NCBI GenBank assembly: GCA_963977015.1
Contig: CAXBMO010000013.1
Span: 64,001 to 128,000 of the forward strand
Direction: 5' to 3'
DNA from: an uncultured bacterium
Lineage (GTDB): Bacteria; Verrucomicrobiota; Verrucomicrobiia; Verrucomicrobiales; DEV007
Length of the DNA stretch: 64,000 nucleotides
In this document: piece after piece, positions 20,601-28,852 of the stretch
Layout of the letters: each line of letters begins with the position of its first letter
Position numbering within the stretch: position 1 is the stretch's first letter
The notes under the pieces: generated by a model
What the model was told of the DNA's origin: nothing
Database searches by the model: none
What the model saw: the letters and a program-made list of their open reading frames with translations, nothing else
Made by a program: the position numbers and the translations under genes

Positions 20601-23600
20601 TCTGGAATTCATGACGTGATGCACACCCCAGTCGCGGAGAAGTTGACGTTTTTCGTCAGTCCCGGCTGTCGCGAAAATTTCGAGACCAAGGTTCTTCGCA
20701 ATTTGGATCGCGGCAGATCCAACGCCGCCAGTTCCGGCATGAATCAAGACGCGTTCACCTTTCTGCATGTGTGCGAGATGAACCAAGGCGTAATGGCTGG
20801 TCAGGAAAACCGTAGGCAGGGTCGCCGCCCCTTCGAACTCGAGATGATCCGGCTTCTTGAAGACCAGGTTCCGATTCACGGTGACGTAACTCCGGAACGC
20901 ATAGGGAGCCATTCCGACGACGTTGTCGCCAGGGCGAAGATCTTTGACACCTTTTCCAACTTTGACCACCGTTCCTGCGATATCATCGCCGAACCACTTG
21001 ATGTCGATCGGGTTGCCGGGATACATCCCCAAAGCTTTCATGACGTCGCGGAAGTTGATTCCGCCCGCCTTGACTTGAATTTCAATTTCGCCTTCGCCGG
21101 GCTCTCGACGCGGCGTCTCATTGAGGCTCAAGTTCTGAAGAACTCCGGGCTTATCGATTTCAAGGCGATAGCTCAGGACGGATCCATCAGGCTGAACCGC
21201 CTCCCGGGTTTTCATCGGGATTTCGTCGTTCTTGACCCGGGTCAAACGGTTTACGTGGCGAATATCACCGCGATAGGCGATTTCCAGCTCACGACCAGGT
21301 TTGGTCAATTCCCAGAAAACATCTTCAACTTCAAACGCGGACGCGTTCGCATCCAAATCGACCATTGTGATCGGCCATTCAGGATGCTCATTGTTCGCTA
21401 CCCGGACAAATCCGGTGAGAGGTGCGGCGGAAATGTCGCCCAGTTTTTCACCCTGAATTGAGGTGCGGCCCCGGGTCAAAACCAGCATTCGAGGCGCCGG
21501 CTCCGGTTTGATCCGGTTCAGCGCATGAATCATGGTCCGGAGGCTGTGGGTGCCGAGCTTTTGCGAGGCTGCGAGATCTTCCAGCGAGACGTCGTCGACG
21601 GAAGGCGCATCGAGTGTCCATGCGTGAAGGAATGCCGTGGCACGGTGACCAGCTTCACTCAGTTTGGCGAACAGTTGTTCCCAGTCTGAGGTAAGGTCGG
21701 GCGCAATCTCAAAGGAGCTGTCGCTGGTTTCCGCAAATTCTGGACCGGCGGAGACCGTCACGACACGGATCCCTGAATTGGTCAGCGAATCCGTCAGTTT
21801 GGCCGCAAAGCCAGCTTTGTCTTCCAGCAGAACATAGGTTTCCTGGGCTGGAAGGTCTTCCTCGACTTCGGAATCTTGATCCAAAGCCACAGGTTTTGGA
21901 GCTCTCGCCAAAAAGACGGCTTGTTGACATTCCTCGGGCTTCTCCGAACTCACAAAGGAGTCCACATCCTGATAGCCCAATTCGCTCAGGAGAGAAATCC
22001 ACTTCTCCCGAGGCATGAGGGCCGAATCGGGCCGGAGATCGGTGTCTTCGTAATACCACCACCCCTGAAGCAGGCCGAACAGGTTGTTCAAAGCCGTCCT
22101 TGGTTTGGTGACTTCCAGGAACATCAGGACGCCGTCTTCGGAGAGGCAGCGGGTGATGTTCCCCAGAGTATTTTTCAGGTCGCCGGTCGCGTGAACGACG
22201 TTGGTTCCCAAAATCAGGTCATAGCCTTCTACGTCGAGACCCTGGCCTTCAGGATCCTTCTCGATATCAAAGGTCGTGTATTCGACAAAGTTGTAGTCGC
22301 CAAACTGCTTCTTGGCATCCCCCAGAAACGCAGGACTGGTATCCGTGAAGGTGTATTCGCTTCGGTGAGGAGGCAGAACCGGCAAAACCGCGCGGGTCAA
22401 AGAACCTGTGCCGGCTCCGACTTCGAGCACCCGAATGGCACGGCGCTCGGGCATGGAGGCAATCAGTTCCGCGACGGCCTTCCCGACCATGTCGTTATTC
22501 GCGGGGAAGTCAGCGCCTTCCCGATAAAACCGGGTCAGCGAATCAATCGCCTGGCCGGACGGGAACAGCATTTCCACAGGGTCCACTTCTCCGGACAACA
22601 CGCCGGCGAGATTGGGGCCCGTGAGTTGCTGCAATTCGGATTCCGAGGCGAATTGCTCAAACTCAGCATTCAGCGGAGCAAGATCCACCGGGAGAGCTTT
22701 GGGCTTCTCGATGACCTCCCACTGGTCCGCGCTGACCGACTTGAGCCAACCAGAACTGGTGAGCGTGTCGAGATGGGCCCGGAAAAGTCGTGCATGGGTG
22801 TCGAGAACGCCAAGCTTCTCCTTCAACTCTTCAAACTCGAACTGGGCGCCAACCTTTGGTTTCCAGCCCAATTCAATGAAGGCGTTGATGACATACTGCT
22901 CCGCGGCAGCTTCCAACTGTTTGGCGAAGGAACTGTAATAGGCGGAGAGACCGTATTCCTCGTAAACCTGAGGAACGATCTTGTGAATTCCATCGAGAAC
23001 CTTGGAGATGGAAATATAGCCGGGAGTTCCTTCGGCATGACTTCCCTTGAGGCGTCTGGGCTCCCACTTGAACTGGTAGAAAGAGTTATCGACCTCTTCC
23101 TCAGCTTCATCCTTTTGAGCTGCCCGATCGACTCGGAAACCATTGATTTCGGCAACCGGTTCGCCGCTTTCGTCATAGACGTAAATATTGGAAATCAGGG
23201 TCTCGCGATCATCAAAGAAGATCTTGGAGTGAATCCACAGCTTACTTTCGGGAATTGGCTCACGGAGAATGCGGACGCGATTAATCGCAGCCGGCAGGTA
23301 GAAGTAATCAGAGCCCTTCGCTCCATCCGGAATGACTTGAGCCCCTTTCACGCCATGGAAGCAAGCATCAAGCACGGCTGGATGAATGCGGTAGCCTTCC
23401 ATGGACTTCAGAACGCCTTCGGGAACCTCAATTTCGGCAACCGACTCGTGCGGCTTGCGCCAGACATTCTGCAAATGGCGAAAGTTGGGGCCGAACTGGT
23501 AACCGGCGTCGAGATAGTCCTGATAGTACTCCTCGTGATCATAATGCCGTTCCATTCGATCGCGAAGCGCCTTCAAATCCGCTTTCCCGATGTTTGGAAC

Positions 23601-26600
23601 ACCGAGCTTGCGAAGTTTTCCAACGGCATTGAGATCCCATTCTTTGAGGGCATTTCCTCCAGCATTGGAATAGACTTGGAAGGAGCGGTCAGATTCGTCA
23701 AAGACCACGCGAATCGTGGGGACTTTGGACTCGCTAACGAAAAGCGCCTTCTTGGCCTCCAGTTCCTCGACACAATAGTCTTCTCCGGGGAACAGCTCCT
23801 CACAGAGGGCCAGGCCGATCTCCGCGTAACCCGCTGCCGGGAAAATGATCGAATCCCAGAAACGGTGATCCTCAAGGTAAGGGAAAAGCCGGGGATCGAG
23901 ATAAAACTCGTAGGTGGGCTTGACTCCATTTGTCCGAATACCCAGCAAAGGGTGAACGGTTGGAGAACAGCGAAGATGAGTTCCTTCTTCACTCTCGAGC
24001 CAGAACTTCTCCCGATTCCAAGGGTAGCTTGGCTGCGGAATAAAGCGGCCCGCCGCCTGACACACGGATTTCCAATCAACCTTGGTTCCGTAATTGTGCA
24101 GACCGGCCAGATTCGTCAGCATTTCCTGATTCTCCCTAGTCTTCCGTTTCAGGGAGTAGAAAACCGCGCCTTTGCGCTTCTGTTCCGCCAGACAGTCTCC
24201 GATCGGACCTTGAAGGGCAGGGTGTGGTCCCAGTTCAACAAACAATCTCTCGCCTCCGCGAATCAGATTGGTCATCGCCGGGGCGAAAAGCACGCTTTCG
24301 CGGACATTGCGCCACCAATACATTCCATCCAACTCTTCGCCCCGGAGCATTCCCCCCGTAACGGTCGAGATATAGGGAATCTTGGTGTCGCGTGGCTTGA
24401 TGCCCTTCAGCGCCTCAAGGAGTTCGTCCTTGATCGGCTCCATCTGGTGCGTGTGGAACGCGTAATTGATTCTGAGTAGGCGGACGAACTTTCCTTCGGA
24501 TTCGAGCTTTGCAGCAAGCTCCTCAAGGGGAAGCTTGTCTCCAGCCAAGGTGATCATCGTCGGGCTGTTCACCACCGCGACCTGGATCTTGTCTTCCAAA
24601 CCCTTGATGGCGGCTTTCCCTTCAGCCTCGCTCAGGCCGACGGCATACATTCTTCCCTTGTTGCCGTCACCACCGGTGTTCTCCTGCAGACGAGAGCGAT
24701 GAAAGATGACTTTGACCGCGTCCTCGAGGGTGTAAGCACCGGCAACGTAAGCGGCGGCAACCTCTCCAACGGAGTGACCAACCACTTTTGCGGGTTCAAC
24801 GCCCCAGCTCTTCCAGAGCTCGGCGAGAGCAACCTGGAGGGCAAAAATCGCCGGTTGAGCAATGTAGGTTCGATTGATGTTCGAATCCTCTTCACTCCGG
24901 GTCATCTCTTCCAACAAAGACCAATCTCCAAGCTTCCGAATCTGCTTGTCGATCTTTTCAATGGTCTTCCGGAAAACGGGCTCGGTTTCGAGCAATTCCT
25001 GGCCCATGGCCCACCACTGGGCTCCTTGTCCGGTGAAAACAAAGACAACTGGGGCTGGTTCATCGGCAGTTGTCCCGTGAACGACACCTTCGATGTCGGC
25101 GCCGGAAGTGTTTTTGGCGAAGGCACGAAGGCGGTCCCGAAGTTCTTTTGCGCTGTTTCCGAAAACGACAGCTCGTTGATCGTGCTGTTCCTTGCGAGCT
25201 CCGGCGGAATAAGTGACCTCTGCAAGGTCAAGCGATTCGTCCTCGAGCCAGGCGCGATACCGATTTGCATAAGCCTTGATCGTCGTTTCGTCCTTGCCGG
25301 AAATCGGCAGGGCGTACGGGCGATCGGCCTTTTCCCGAGGCTTCTTGGGAAGCTTTTGTTCCGGCGCGCCCTCCAAGACGATGTGGGCGTTGGTTCCACC
25401 AAATCCGAAGGAGTTGACGGAGGCAACCGGGAGGTCTCCAGGTGCCGGCTCCAGCGGAGTCAGTTCGGTGACGACCTGAAGTTTAAGCCCTTCGAAGTCG
25501 ATGTTCGGATTGGGATTCTTAAAATTGAGGTTGGGAGGAACCTTTCCTTTGTTGAGGACCAGCGCCGCTTTCACCATACCGGCGGCACCCGATCCGGATT
25601 CCAGGTGTCCCACGTTGGTCTTCACGGAACCGATCAGGCACTTGTTGTCATCGGAGCGGCCTTGGGAAAGGACGTTACCGAGGGCATTGGTCTCGATCGG
25701 GTCACCGACAGGTGTTCCCGTTCCGTGAGCTTCCATGTAGGTTACCCGTGAAGGAGACATGTTCGCCTCCTCGTAGGCTTGGACCAACATGACTTCTTGA
25801 GTTTCCTGGCCAGGAACGGTCATTGAAGACGTATTTCCGTCCTGATTGATGACGGCGGAACGCACCGTGGCGTAAATCCGGTCGTTGTTTTCGAGTGCCT
25901 TGGACAGCGGCAGAATCATCATCATCCCCGCGCCTTCGCCACGGACATAACCGTTCGCGCGATCGTCAAAGGCGAAGCATTGCCCGCTTGGAGACAGCAT
26001 CGTGGCTTTGGAGAAGCCAATCGAGGTGTCTGGAGTGAGCAACGCATTTACGCCGCCAACCAATGCGTGATCAATTGTGCCGGCCCACATGTCGCGGCAG
26101 CCAATGTTGATGGCAACAAGAGCGGAAGAGCAGGCGGTGTCCACCGAGATGGCAGGCCCTTTCAAATCCATCAGGTAGGCAATGCGATTGGAGGCAATCG
26201 AAAGCGTCGAACCCGAGTTGGTATGAACGTCCACATCGTCAGGGCTTGTCATCTGCACCTGAGCGTAATCATTCGAAGCAATGCCAACGTAGACCCCGGT
26301 TCGGGTATTCTTCAGGGCACTAGGTTGATATCCTGCATCCTCAATCGACTCCCAGGCACATTCGAGCAGCCACCGCTGTTGAGGATCCATTCGGAGAGCT
26401 TCACGAGGGGAAATTCCCCAGAACTGGGCGTCGAAATGGTCCAGGTTGGAGACAAAGCCACCCCATTTGGTGTGCATCTTTCTCGGAATCGAGGTGTCTG
26501 GATGATAGAATCGCTCTCGATTCCAGCGATTTTCCGGCACTTCGATGATTCCAGAACGGCCTTCGGCCAGCATGTTCCAAAATGACTCCGTGTCTTCTAC

Positions 26601-26678
26601 TCCACCAGGGAAGCGGCACCCAATGCCAACAATAGCAAGAGGTTCCCGGTTGGTTGGCCCAGTCGGTTGTTTATCCAT
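14619..26678 (-). CDS. Hybrid type I PKS-NRPS: KS-AT-DH-cMT-ER-KR-ACP-C-A-PCP plus a terminal acyl-ACP-reductase-like domain
   Basis: KS DTACSS/EAHGTGT/NVGHLE; AT GHSVG/YAFH; DH HPLLG/HRFWDSIIFP/HPAVLD; cMT VLEVGAGTG/NVVHAT; ER LIHAGTGGVG; KR YLITGGAGGFG/QSNYNAGN; ACP GLDSL; C HHIVSD; A YTSGSTGTPKG/YGPTE/YNTGDL; PCP GGDSL; then a roughly 380-aa Rossmann-containing tail. Confidence 0.95.
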   Translation of the reverse strand: MDKQPTGPTNREPLAIVGIGCRFPGGVEDTESFWNMLAEGRSGIIEVPENRWNRERFYHPDTSIPRKMHTKWGGFVSNLDHFDAQFWGISPREALRMDPQQRWLLECAWESIEDAGYQPSALKNTRTGVYVGIASNDYAQVQMTSPDDVDVHTNSGSTLSIASNRIAYLMDLKGPAISVDTACSSALVAINIGCRDMWAGTIDHALVGGVNALLTPDTSIGFSKATMLSPSGQCFAFDDRANGYVRGEGAGMMMILPLSKALENNDRIYATVRSAVINQDGNTSSMTVPGQETQEVMLVQAYEEANMSPSRVTYMEAHGTGTPVGDPIETNALGNVLSQGRSDDNKCLIGSVKTNVGHLESGSGAAGMVKAALVLNKGKVPPNLNFKNPNPNIDFEGLKLQVVTELTPLEPAPGDLPVASVNSFGFGGTNAHIVLEGAPEQKLPKKPREKADRPYALPISGKDETTIKAYANRYRAWLEDESLDLAEVTYSAGARKEQHDQRAVVFGNSAKELRDRLRAFAKNTSGADIEGVVHGTTADEPAPVVFVFTGQGAQWWAMGQELLETEPVFRKTIEKIDKQIRKLGDWSLLEEMTRSEEDSNINRTYIAQPAIFALQVALAELWKSWGVEPAKVVGHSVGEVAAAYVAGAYTLEDAVKVIFHRSRLQENTGGDGNKGRMYAVGLSEAEGKAAIKGLEDKIQVAVVNSPTMITLAGDKLPLEELAAKLESEGKFVRLLRINYAFHTHQMEPIKDELLEALKGIKPRDTKIPYISTVTGGMLRGEELDGMYWWRNVRESVLFAPAMTNLIRGGERLFVELGPHPALQGPIGDCLAEQKRKGAVFYSLKRKTRENQEMLTNLAGLHNYGTKVDWKSVCQAAGRFIPQPSYPWNREKFWLESEEGTHLRCSPTVHPLLGIRTNGVKPTYEFYLDPRLFPYLEDHRFWDSIIFPAAGYAEIGLALCEELFPGEDYCVEELEAKKALFVSESKVPTIRVVFDESDRSFQVYSNAGGNALKEWDLNAVGKLRKLGVPNIGKADLKALRDRMERHYDHEEYYQDYLDAGYQFGPNFRHLQNVWRKPHESVAEIEVPEGVLKSMEGYRIHPAVLDACFHGVKGAQVIPDGAKGSDYFYLPAAINRVRILREPIPESKLWIHSKIFFDDRETLISNIYVYDESGEPVAEINGFRVDRAAQKDEAEEEVDNSFYQFKWEPRRLKGSHAEGTPGYISISKVLDGIHKIVPQVYEEYGLSAYYSSFAKQLEAAAEQYVINAFIELGWKPKVGAQFEFEELKEKLGVLDTHARLFRAHLDTLTSSGWLKSVSADQWEVIEKPKALPVDLAPLNAEFEQFASESELQQLTGPNLAGVLSGEVDPVEMLFPSGQAIDSLTRFYREGADFPANNDMVGKAVAELIASMPERRAIRVLEVGAGTGSLTRAVLPVLPPHRSEYTFTDTSPAFLGDAKKQFGDYNFVEYTTFDIEKDPEGQGLDVEGYDLILGTNVVHATGDLKNTLGNITRCLSEDGVLMFLEVTKPRTALNNLFGLLQGWWYYEDTDLRPDSALMPREKWISLLSELGYQDVDSFVSSEKPEECQQAVFLARAPKPVALDQDSEVEEDLPAQETYVLLEDKAGFAAKLTDSLTNSGIRVVTVSAGPEFAETSDSSFEIAPDLTSDWEQLFAKLSEAGHRATAFLHAWTLDAPSVDDVSLEDLAASQKLGTHSLRTMIHALNRIKPEPAPRMLVLTRGRTSIQGEKLGDISAAPLTGFVRVANNEHPEWPITMVDLDANASAFEVEDVFWELTKPGRELEIAYRGDIRHVNRLTRVKNDEIPMKTREAVQPDGSVLSYRLEIDKPGVLQNLSLNETPRREPGEGEIEIQVKAGGINFRDVMKALGMYPGNPIDIKWFGDDIAGTVVKVGKGVKDLRPGDNVVGMAPYAFRSYVTVNRNLVFKKPDHLEFEGAATLPTVFLTSHYALVHLAHMQKGERVLIHAGTGGVGSAAIQIAKNLGLEIFATAGTDEKRQLLRDWGVHHVMNSRTLDFADEIMEITNGEGIDCVLNSLAGDFIPKSFQCLRRFGRFVEIGKIDVYGNSKFGMEMLKNNISYHVVDLAQHLESKPSYVAAMLKELEDEFYAQTYEALPHKTFPITEVVDAFRYMAQGKHIGKNVLSFDLPSIQVGPCTQGGHLFREDRTYLITGGAGGFGFELAKWMVKNGAKNLALVSRSGPKEEAQADIAVLEKKGVNVLDLRADVTDQPRLKEIVAKIQGSKAPLGGVVHGAMVINDLDIVELDEEGFDRVVHPKMLGAWILHTLTKDIALDFFTSFSSFSTVIGAVRQSNYNAGNSFLDAIAQHRNSIGIGDGLTFNWGALTGAGFVERNEKTAQYLDMLGMKAYNMPETLSVFGRFLPRKATNLAASRIDWNSLARFSSLIANSPVYGALVGDDGDGEGGAIRSQIIQAAPDKRHGLMVDFLSEQVAGVFGTDVSKISKDLPLNQIGLDSLMAIELMNRVESQLGISVPMGSVLNGPNIKELAIPVLETLLESAGDELSESGGGGNTGSGSLPALELSGEEVLEFPLTEGQKALWFLHQLAPESPAYNLVYSGKISPGIDIEVMKEAFMGLYSRHPMLDVTFHTVNGSPIQRIHKGRTIDFREHDVTSLTDDEIKSLLVEHANKPFNLEKGPVVRLELFKTGDNAHITLLCMHHIVSDAWSVTLFMNDLIESYFSRKIGKEPEWEEIEARYHDFVRWEQAHLEGETGDRMLEYWKDHLADAPLILDLPTDRPRPPVQTFNGAAYGFKLDEGLTKRVIELSQQQNATLFTTLLSGFEILLHRYCNQEDLLVGVPLAGRNQQELHDMIGYFINPVAVRSQVEDDPKFSEYVSRNSASVLGALENQHYPLAKLVDQLKVPRDPSRSPIFQVSFSMEKIPGLDGGDAAVFMIGQGGHKIHVGDMSVETVDLTLRQAQFEITLVVEEADGILYGCWQYNSDLFDESTIAYLNKLYAQVLSQITANPDLHISEINLLSEEDEKRIVDDWNDTSSPYPEESLLHELVADAVTQTPDKIAIRCGGDTLTYNQLDRKADGLAQKLADVGVGPDQPVALLTERSCDMVVGTLGILKSGACYVPMDPEFPAYRLEQMLQDAKPDVIVTQRSLQKGLPDGDWMVICLEDVTPTDESPSISQLSAESLAYIIYTSGSTGTPKGVEISHRAAVNFLTSMQITPGMDENDRLLAVTTLSFDISLLELYLPLLSGGEVVIASRDEVKDGRHLGHMLEEFDITVMQATPATWQMLIEGGWNGKESLRVFSGGEPLSRGLATQLLERAGQVWNLYGPTETTVWSTVEKVEAGDETISVGRPIANTSIYILDDNEKPVPAGFVGNLYIGGAGLARGYHEKPDLTMDRFGTITLPNGEKERVYNTGDLARWTQDGKLECLGRSDFQIKLRGVRMELDDIEAHLVDSSRVKQAVVIRRDDLPGGPNLVAYVIPNGETDGLIPDLRAHLSDRLPESMRPAFYSIVDEYPLTPNKKVDRKRLPVPQIDRSGLETEYVAPQTESEQLLADIFTEAFETEKFGIRDNFFEMGGDSLLAVRVLAQASEAFNRDIPVEAFLRFPTIEQLANYLHSDESQEETAFDLSHLEKLASSTHLSVEFVEEGSALPQVDAVALACIPDAFAGITGMSREEMVGQWFKHEPRLGNVYELPFGKIGLIVLPTFELDIFKDEARLRKSITHGLEMASKMGAKTVSLTGMLPSATDYGREIQTWFDDGVELPAITTGDATRTATIIKTIEGTLEQTDRKFADERVAFVGLRSIGMGTVKLALEVLPHPKEILLCDPYMSAEQLDMIRREVKQTGYNGQITVHPNGGGLPASVYGATFVVGTTSIPGILDISKLNPGTVIVDYSFPPSFRIADAVKRFEERNDILFTTGGELHLDEDIRETIYLPNMAQELSTLVDSRHISLLAGRDPKEITGCIVVSLLTSMQADVKPTLGPVSPKDVLAHYQYLAKRGFKPARLQMHRYFLDPERVATFAKVKPKNALT

Positions 26679-26905
26679 GCGCGAGGCTGTTTAGTTCTTC
26701 AGTTGGTTCTGAAAGGATCAGAGTTCCTTACGGTTGAATTTATTGCGAGTGTGTGTGGCGGTGAGATGCGGACCCTAATTTGAAGCGAATCCTGGGCAAA
26801 TTTCAACGGATTGCTGTGATTTCATGGTAAGAAAGACTAACTCTACGGGAGAAACTGTAATTTTTAGAATGGCTAGTCTTCGCATCTGGAGCAGAATTGG
26901 GCTGG

Positions 26906-26933
26906 ATTATGGCTGGCATTTGGTCCGCGTCAA
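26906..26933 (-). promoter_or_regulatory. Candidate sigma70 promoter for the PKS-NRPS
   Basis: Minus strand TTGACG-N16-CATAAT about 230 nt upstream of the ATG; a weaker TTGCCC-N16-TAGGGT lies near 26772-26799. Confidence 0.45.
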
Positions 26934-27059
26934 GCGCCCCTGATCGATAGAATTTTATGCGATGATGACTGGAGTTGAGTCGATTGTGGTTCGCAAAGTC
27001 GCCTAACCTTCCCGAAATGCTGTCGGATGTTGGGGAAGGAAACGCTGCGAAAGCGGGAA

Positions 27060-28130
27060 TCAGCTCCCTACGTCGGGATAACTGCCCAGAATCTTCACGA
27101 AATTGCAATGTCCACGGAGTTCATCCAGGGCTGTTTGCAGCTGGTCGTCAGTGCAGTGTGCTGCAACATCAACGTAGAAGAAATACTCCCACTTGGACTG
27201 GCGGTTGGGGCGACTCTCAATCTTTGAAAGATTGATGTGAAAGTGGTTAAACGGCTTCAAAGCCGAGAACAACGAGCCGGGTTGGTCGCGAACGCTGAAC
27301 ATGATCGAGGTGCGATCTGAGCCCGTCGGAGGACAGGTGCGATGGCCAATTACGAGGAACCTTGTGGCATTATTCGCGTTATCTTGGATACTTTGCTCCA
27401 AAAGCTCCAAGCCGTGAAGTTCCGCCAGCAGGGCGCCTCCCAGTGCTCCTGATTCGGGATCGTTTTTCGCCAACTCGGCAGCTTTTGCGGTTGAGGACAC
27501 TTCGATCGTTTCGCCATTAAAAAAGCTTTCCGCCAGCCATCGACGGCATTGCCCAAAAACCTGCGGATGGGAATAAAGCTTGGTGATCTTTTCTTTCGGA
27601 ACTTTGGACAGCAAGTTGTTCTCGATGGGAAGGAGAATTTGCGCACAGATCTGAAGCGGAGAGGTCGCGAACAAGTCGAGGGTGTGATTGACGGCGCCCT
27701 CGGTCGAATTCTCAATGGGAACGACGCCATAGCCGGCTTTCTTGCGTTCAACCTGGTCAAAGACGTCCGCAAGGCTGCTCTGGGGAAGGTATTCGACGCT
27801 ATTTCCAAATTTGCTGATCGCGGCCTGATGGGTCCACGTGCCTTCAGGACCAAGAAAGGCGATTTTCAAATCCTCTTCCAAAGCCAGCGCCGCTGACATG
27901 ATTTCCCGGTAAATGGCTCGAATTGAACGCTCGCTCAGGCGGCCTTCGCTCTTGGCGACGAGGGCTTTGAGGAGTTTCTCTTCTCTCTCGGGCGCATAAA
28001 TTTCCAAGCCCCCCCGCTTTTTGATTTCCCCGACTTCATGCACGAGATCAGCTCTCTCGTTCAGCAAGGCGAGAAGTTGGGAGTCGATCTTGTCGATCTG
28101 AATTCGGATTTTACCCAGTGGGTCGGCCAT
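27060..28130 (-). CDS. pheA: Chorismate mutase / prephenate dehydratase
   Basis: RIQIDKID, FLGPEGT, VPIENSTEG, YSHPQ, NATRF, KIESRP ACT domain; start placed at MADPL. Confidence 0.96.
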   Translation of the reverse strand: MADPLGKIRIQIDKIDSQLLALLNERADLVHEVGEIKKRGGLEIYAPEREEKLLKALVAKSEGRLSERSIRAIYREIMSAALALEEDLKIAFLGPEGTWTHQAAISKFGNSVEYLPQSSLADVFDQVERKKAGYGVVPIENSTEGAVNHTLDLFATSPLQICAQILLPIENNLLSKVPKEKITKLYSHPQVFGQCRRWLAESFFNGETIEVSSTAKAAELAKNDPESGALGGALLAELHGLELLEQSIQDNANNATRFLVIGHRTCPPTGSDRTSIMFSVRDQPGSLFSALKPFNHFHINLSKIESRPNRQSKWEYFFYVDVAAHCTDDQLQTALDELRGHCNFVKILGSYPDVGS

Positions 28131-28134
28131 GTGG

Positions 28135-28827
28135 TTATTCGGATACCTCCGTTGGTTGAGTTGGTTGGACTTCGGCAAGTTCCAGCTGTTGTTCTTGCTG
28201 GTCGCTTTTGCTTCCGTCTTCGTTTTCGGCTCCCGGAAGCTTTACTGATCGCAATTCGGCTGCATTTGGGAGGTCGTCCACCGTTTTGATGCCGAAATGC
28301 TCCATAAAAAGCTCGGTGGTCCCATACAGGAGCGGCCGGCCGGGCAAATCGGCTTTTCCGACAATCGTGATCAAGCCGCGATCGATAATCTTATTCATTA
28401 CGCCATCGACACTCACCCCGCGAACCGCCTCGATGTCGGATTTGGTGATGGGCTGCCGATAGGCAATGATGGCGAGTGTTTCGAGAGCTGGCGGGCTGAG
28501 TTTGGCGGGTTTGTGGCCGGGAAAAAGCTCGCGAATCCAGTCTGCGAATTCCGGTTGTGAAGCCATTCTCCAACCACAAGGGCCTTCCACGATCCGAAAC
28601 GCCCGCCCCGTCTGCTCGTATTCCAGGTTGAGAGTGCTGATCGCCGTTTCTACGTCTTTTGGTTTTGCCACGAAACCGACAGATGAGCTGCTGCCGTTTT
28701 CTGGCGGATCAGAATCCGGCGCGTCTTCATCTTCGAGCTTTCGCTGAATGCACTGGGCCAATTCTTTGGCAGAAATGGGTTCAGGGCAGGCAAAAAGCAG
28801 CGCTTCGATGATGGTTTTCAGCTCCAT
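28135..28827 (-). CDS. scpB: SMC-Scp complex subunit ScpB
   Basis: IEALLFA, LETLAIIAYRQPIT, VRGV, GRPLLYGTT; start placed at MELK. Confidence 0.95.
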   Translation of the reverse strand: MELKTIIEALLFACPEPISAKELAQCIQRKLEDEDAPDSDPPENGSSSSVGFVAKPKDVETAISTLNLEYEQTGRAFRIVEGPCGWRMASQPEFADWIRELFPGHKPAKLSPPALETLAIIAYRQPITKSDIEAVRGVSVDGVMNKIIDRGLITIVGKADLPGRPLLYGTTELFMEHFGIKTVDDLPNAAELRSVKLPGAENEDGSKSDQQEQQLELAEVQPTQPTEVSE

Positions 28828-28852
28828 TCGTCGGAAGTTCAGCTTCAAAACG

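Noticed and set aside
21876-24479. 867-aa plus-strand ORF, and other long antisense ORFs (24699-25751, 45402-46694, 48948-50102)
   Set aside because: They lie opposite well-supported genes and have no recognisable motifs; typical shadow ORFs from codon bias.
26756-26770. GGCGGTGAG as an ops/RfaH element for the long PKS gene
   Set aside because: Imperfect match and on the wrong strand.
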